NCBI GenBank assembly: GCA_030141605.1
Contig: JAQGDQ010000824.1
Span: 1 to 41,249 of the forward strand
Length of the DNA: 41,249 nt
Origin: Tubiluchus corallicola
Taxonomy: Eukaryota > Animalia > Priapulida
Reading direction: 5' to 3'
Shown: positions 37,051 through 41,249 of the stretch, piece after piece
Layout of the letters: each line of letters starts with the position of its first letter
Numbering within the stretch: position 1 is the stretch's first letter
The notes under the pieces: model-generated
The model's input: only the letters and a program-made list of their open reading frames with translations
The model's database searches: none
What the model was told of the DNA's origin: nothing
Position numbers and translations under genes: made by a program

Positions 37051-37469
37051 CTAGGCACACTGGCTTAGTTATTTTATAATAACGACCCAATTGAGCACTG
37101 AAGTCTATCATTTTTGCAGTTCTTTGAAATTTTGTCTCTACTTTCTGCTTGAATTGTAAAGTCATTTTTTGGCTATTTGAAGTTTTAATTTCACGCAAAA
37201 ATAACTGCAAATTTTTGTCCATGAAAAAGCACAATCTATTTGCTGAATCTATTTCACACCAACTATTATGACGTTTGTAATAATAGTAATAACAATGCAT
37301 TCTAACAATCATTTTAGCTAATTGTTAATGCGTTGAATTCTCTTAATTCATCAGTAATACAAATAGGTGCATGTCTACACATGCTGTAAGTGATTATAGG
37401 TGGCGCCATTGATCACCACCCTGGCAAAAAAAAATTATAAACTTCCCGTACTAGTGTAAACCGAAAAAA

Positions 37470-37893
37470 TACCTACCTACTACCTGCCTACATACCTGCC
37501 TTCTTACCTACCTACCTACCAACCTACCAACCCACTTACATACCTATCTACCTACCTACCTACCTTCCTACCTACCTCTCTACCTACCCACCTACCTTCT
37601 TATCTACCTATCTACCTACCTGCCTACCTACCTTCCTACCTAGCTATCTACCTACCTACCTTCCTGCCTACCCACCTTCCTATCTACCAGTCTAGCTACC
37701 TGCCTACCTACACTCCTACCTATCTACCAACCTAGTTACCTACCTACCTATCTACCTACCTTGCTACCTACTTATCTACCTGCCTACCTACATTCCTACC
37801 TACATAGCTACCTATCTACCTTGCTACCTGTTTATCTACCTGCCTACCTATCTACATACCCTTTCACCTACCTGCCTACATACCTGCCTACTA
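37470..37893. repeat. (CCTA)n-like degenerate microsatellite
   Basis: Directly visible. Confidence 0.95.
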
Positions 37894-38269
37894 ACAAGCA
37901 AAAGTGGTTTTTACAATAAGGTATAAATCAAAAGCGTTGATTGGCTTGCCTATGTTTAAGAAAACCTTAAAATAAATTTGAGAAATTGAAATGCGGAATA
38001 GGTTTTTACAATCCAGTGTAAATTTATCTTTGGCACCAGTGAAGACCAATAGCAAAATCTTGACCTGTGGACTGAAGATAAACGAAACTGACCACTATTC
38101 TCATTTCAAGTCCCTATGCTTTTGTAATCACTTTGAACGAGGACCAGTGTAGCAGCTACTATTAGAACACGAAATTCATCCTGGGCGTTTGAATGACCTA
38201 AAGCTTACAAAATAAACCCTGCGCTGTTAGGATTCTCAACTTGATGCAGAATAAACAGAACAGACGGCG

Positions 38270-38958
38270 AAATAAGACGAAAATATAAAGTTGAAGCACA
38301 AGAAAACCCTCCACTTACATAAAGCTTAAAAAATTCGCCTCGAAATTTTATACCACTTACGTACTGCCTTTTTGCATGCAGGGATTGCGTCGGCAGTAAC
38401 AGTGTATGTAACTTGTAAATTTATAAACTCCCGCGATGACCGTTAGGCCCAGCCATTTTGAGGTCGTTTGAAACTAGTTTTGACAACACTGAGTAAAGTT
38501 TGAAAAAATAATCAGAGCATTCGTAGCATAAATGTTGCTAATTAAGTAAAATTTTAAATTACTGTATCTTGTCAATAAGATTAAAAATACGTTTTTGGCC
38601 AGTGAGTGGCGCACCCTGGAGGGTGAGTCAGCCACATTTTACCAATTGACACAAACATTTTAAATTATTATTTCTAGCTACGTAAGTCTTTCCAACGGGT
38701 AAGCGAAATGCTAAATAATATAGATTTGCATGGAAAGTTTTTTGGGACATAATTTAACATTGCTTTTTCTTCCCCTGATTTACCTGGCGTAGGTGAGGTC
38801 ACGTAATGGAGCCGTCGGAACAACGTTGTGAGAGATTTAAAATAAAAACAAACAAAAATTCTTTTCAACGCGAGCACGACATGTGCATAAGTTGGTTGTA
38901 AAGTAGTCTAATTTTTTAAGGCGATTTTAAGTACTTCACGTACCCCTTTTCTTGTCCC
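38270..38958 (-). mobile_element. Kolobok-like DNA transposon terminus (copy B, inverted)
   Basis: Ends CCCCTTTTCTTGTCCC|TTAA; reverse complement aligns with 18460-19185. Confidence 0.7.
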
Positions 38959-39719
38959 TTAAAGACGAAATATAATATAATATAATATAATTTATTTATT
39001 CCAAAAGCCAAGTACAGTTTAACAATATCTTACACAAAAATTCACAATTTGAAAATAACATAAAAATAATAGATGAAATATAGCCAAACTATTGATTAAT
39101 TCAGCGCAGTCAATTATATTAATACATCATATTTGTCACGTTATCTCGTTTGAAATGATGTTATTATGAAAATATAAATATTATATTACGAAATATGTTA
39201 TGTCATTTTGCATCGAGGTTGAAGAAACTGAATAATTTGATATCCTAACTGGACGGACTGCCAGCGTCAGCTAGTGAGTTATTCGCCTGGTTCTTTTCAA
39301 TGGTGCAAATCTTGTCGGATTGACAGCAAGGATATTGTAAAGAAGAAAGATGTGTAAGCCTACGCAAAGCAAAGACAAGGGCGCAATTATTCTCTCTGAG
39401 CCCTCGTTATCGCCCGGAGGTACGTATGACAACGTGCTACACGATTCTCTACTCACAGATCAAGTAGCATCGCATTCCAGAGGAAAACCTGAAAGAACTG
39501 CTCTTGGTTTTGTGTGAATTCGCTTTGCCACACTGAATGTGATGAAAGAATCGATTCATAAGAGATTTATTATCTAATTGATAGAATGACTGGAGTCAAA
39601 AGTAAAAGTTTCTCTGCCGCTTCTTTTTCTCTCATTTCCTAGCTGCAGTCAACAGGAGGGAGAACTTTTTGGCACTTTTCTTTCCGTTTCGTTTCTTCAG
39701 CATCACCTTTATCTTTTTT

Positions 39720-39988
39720 CATTATTGTTGTTGTTGTTGGTGATGATGATGATGTTGCTGTTATTATTATTATTATTATTATTATTCTGATTCTTATTCT
39801 TATTCTTATTCTTATTCTCATTCTCATTCTCATTCTCATTCTCATTCTCATTCTCATTCTCATTCTCATTCTCATTCTCATTCTCATTCTCATTCTCATT
39901 CTCATTCTTCTTATTATTATTATCATCATCATCATCATCATCATCATCATTATTATTATTATTATTATTATTATTAATATTATTATTT

Positions 39989-40037
<49 letters not shown>

Positions 40038-40075
40038 TACTATTACTATTTCTACTATTATTTTTCTTCTTCATC
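39720..40075. repeat. (ATT)n/(ATTCTC)n/(CAT)n compound microsatellite
   Basis: Directly visible. Confidence 0.99.
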
Positions 40076-41249
40076 TTCACCTTTTTCGTCAATGGCACTG
40101 ATAACATAGCAATGCAAGAATGTTACAACAAAAAAATAAAACAGCAACAACGATGATGACGACGACGATAACGACGACGAGAACAACATTTCAGTAATAG
40201 TTATCGTAATTTCATGACAATGCTGACAAACTTTGGAACAATATTTTAATAGGCTTGTTATTGTGAGCGATGAATAGTCCTACAACCTGTTCTGCTGACC
40301 AACCACGCATGCGCACAGATATGTTCTTGATAATACCCACTCGGTCGGGTGGCACGTGCCACGGTAATTACCGGTTTGATTAGATCAGGAGCTCGGTAGA
40401 TTACTCGACCAATCAGAATGGAACTACGTCGGTGATCTATTTATTTGTGTGTACAACATACGTAAGCATAGGCAAGGGAAAAAATTCTAATAACATGCTC
40501 CTCTTGCTAGTTACTAAAACTACTGCTACTAATTAACTTACATTGTAAAATTCTCTACAAACAACGTATTGAACCAGCAGGATAAGAGCAGTTATCATTG
40601 CTCCGCCTCTATCAGAAGCACGCGATAGATTCTTGACAGCAGGTGTCTCTTTCTCAATGATGCCAGGACGCTGCTTCTTCTGTAGGTCAAAAAAATCTGT
40701 TCTTAAAAATATTGAAAAGAAACATACTATTTTATCAAAAATGACTTACGTAAAAGAATTTTTAACACATAAACACAATTTCACGTTCGCGCCTCTAGTT
40801 CTTCGCTGTTACGTGCATTTCGCCATTCTCTAGTTAGGCTAGCAAATCCATTTCGGAAATGCATTGCACAAAAACAGGTGCTGTACCTCTCAGTTCAGAT
40901 GTGCTAGTTTGTGACAAACTACACAAGTTCGACAGCTCACGCGTGAGCACAGTGGTAAATTTAAAATTTAATTTTTTTCTAAAAACTGCCTAGTTTTAGT
41001 ACAACACACCGAATCCTTTACAGTAACACTGTACTTCAATTTTCGCTTTCGCAAACACGTGCAACAAGCTCGTGGAATATTTTTCCTGTTGAAAATTATG
41101 TTAGTTTGTGATGTCATCAATAGTTGGGCTCTCCCGTCGTTAATTAAGATTTTGGTCTAATATTTAATTATCAGAAACGCTTTTGCAGTATTAATTGTGT
41201 TAAAATGTATACTTTTTATCGGATTTAAAAATGAGATAGTAATAGAAAA

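Overview
AT-rich, repeat-dense animal (probably invertebrate) nuclear DNA; no prokaryotic operons, CRISPR arrays, rRNA or intact tRNA genes. Two protein-coding genes are supported. (1) The last five exons of an unidentified spliced + strand gene (29-2457, GT-AG introns, consistent phases). (2) A single-exon 752-aa type-I membrane protein on the - strand (27312-29570) with a signal peptide, about five divergent cadherin repeats, one TM helix and an acidic tail; its motifs recall PCDH15/CDHR5-type non-classical cadherins. The rest is micro/minisatellites and transposon remnants: hAT-like MITEs, three Helitron-like copies, several LINE 3' ends, a bipartite RTE derivative, and a Harbinger element nested in a Penelope GIY-YIG remnant. 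Most notable: two inward-facing TTAA-flanked Kolobok-like termini bracket a 20.5-kb block containing the cadherin gene; a 50-nt piece of the cadherin 5' coding region recurs 4.3 kb away; and a 17x51-bp array seems to have amplified the middle of a tRNA-derived SINE head. All family assignments come from reading the sequence and recalled motifs, not database searches.
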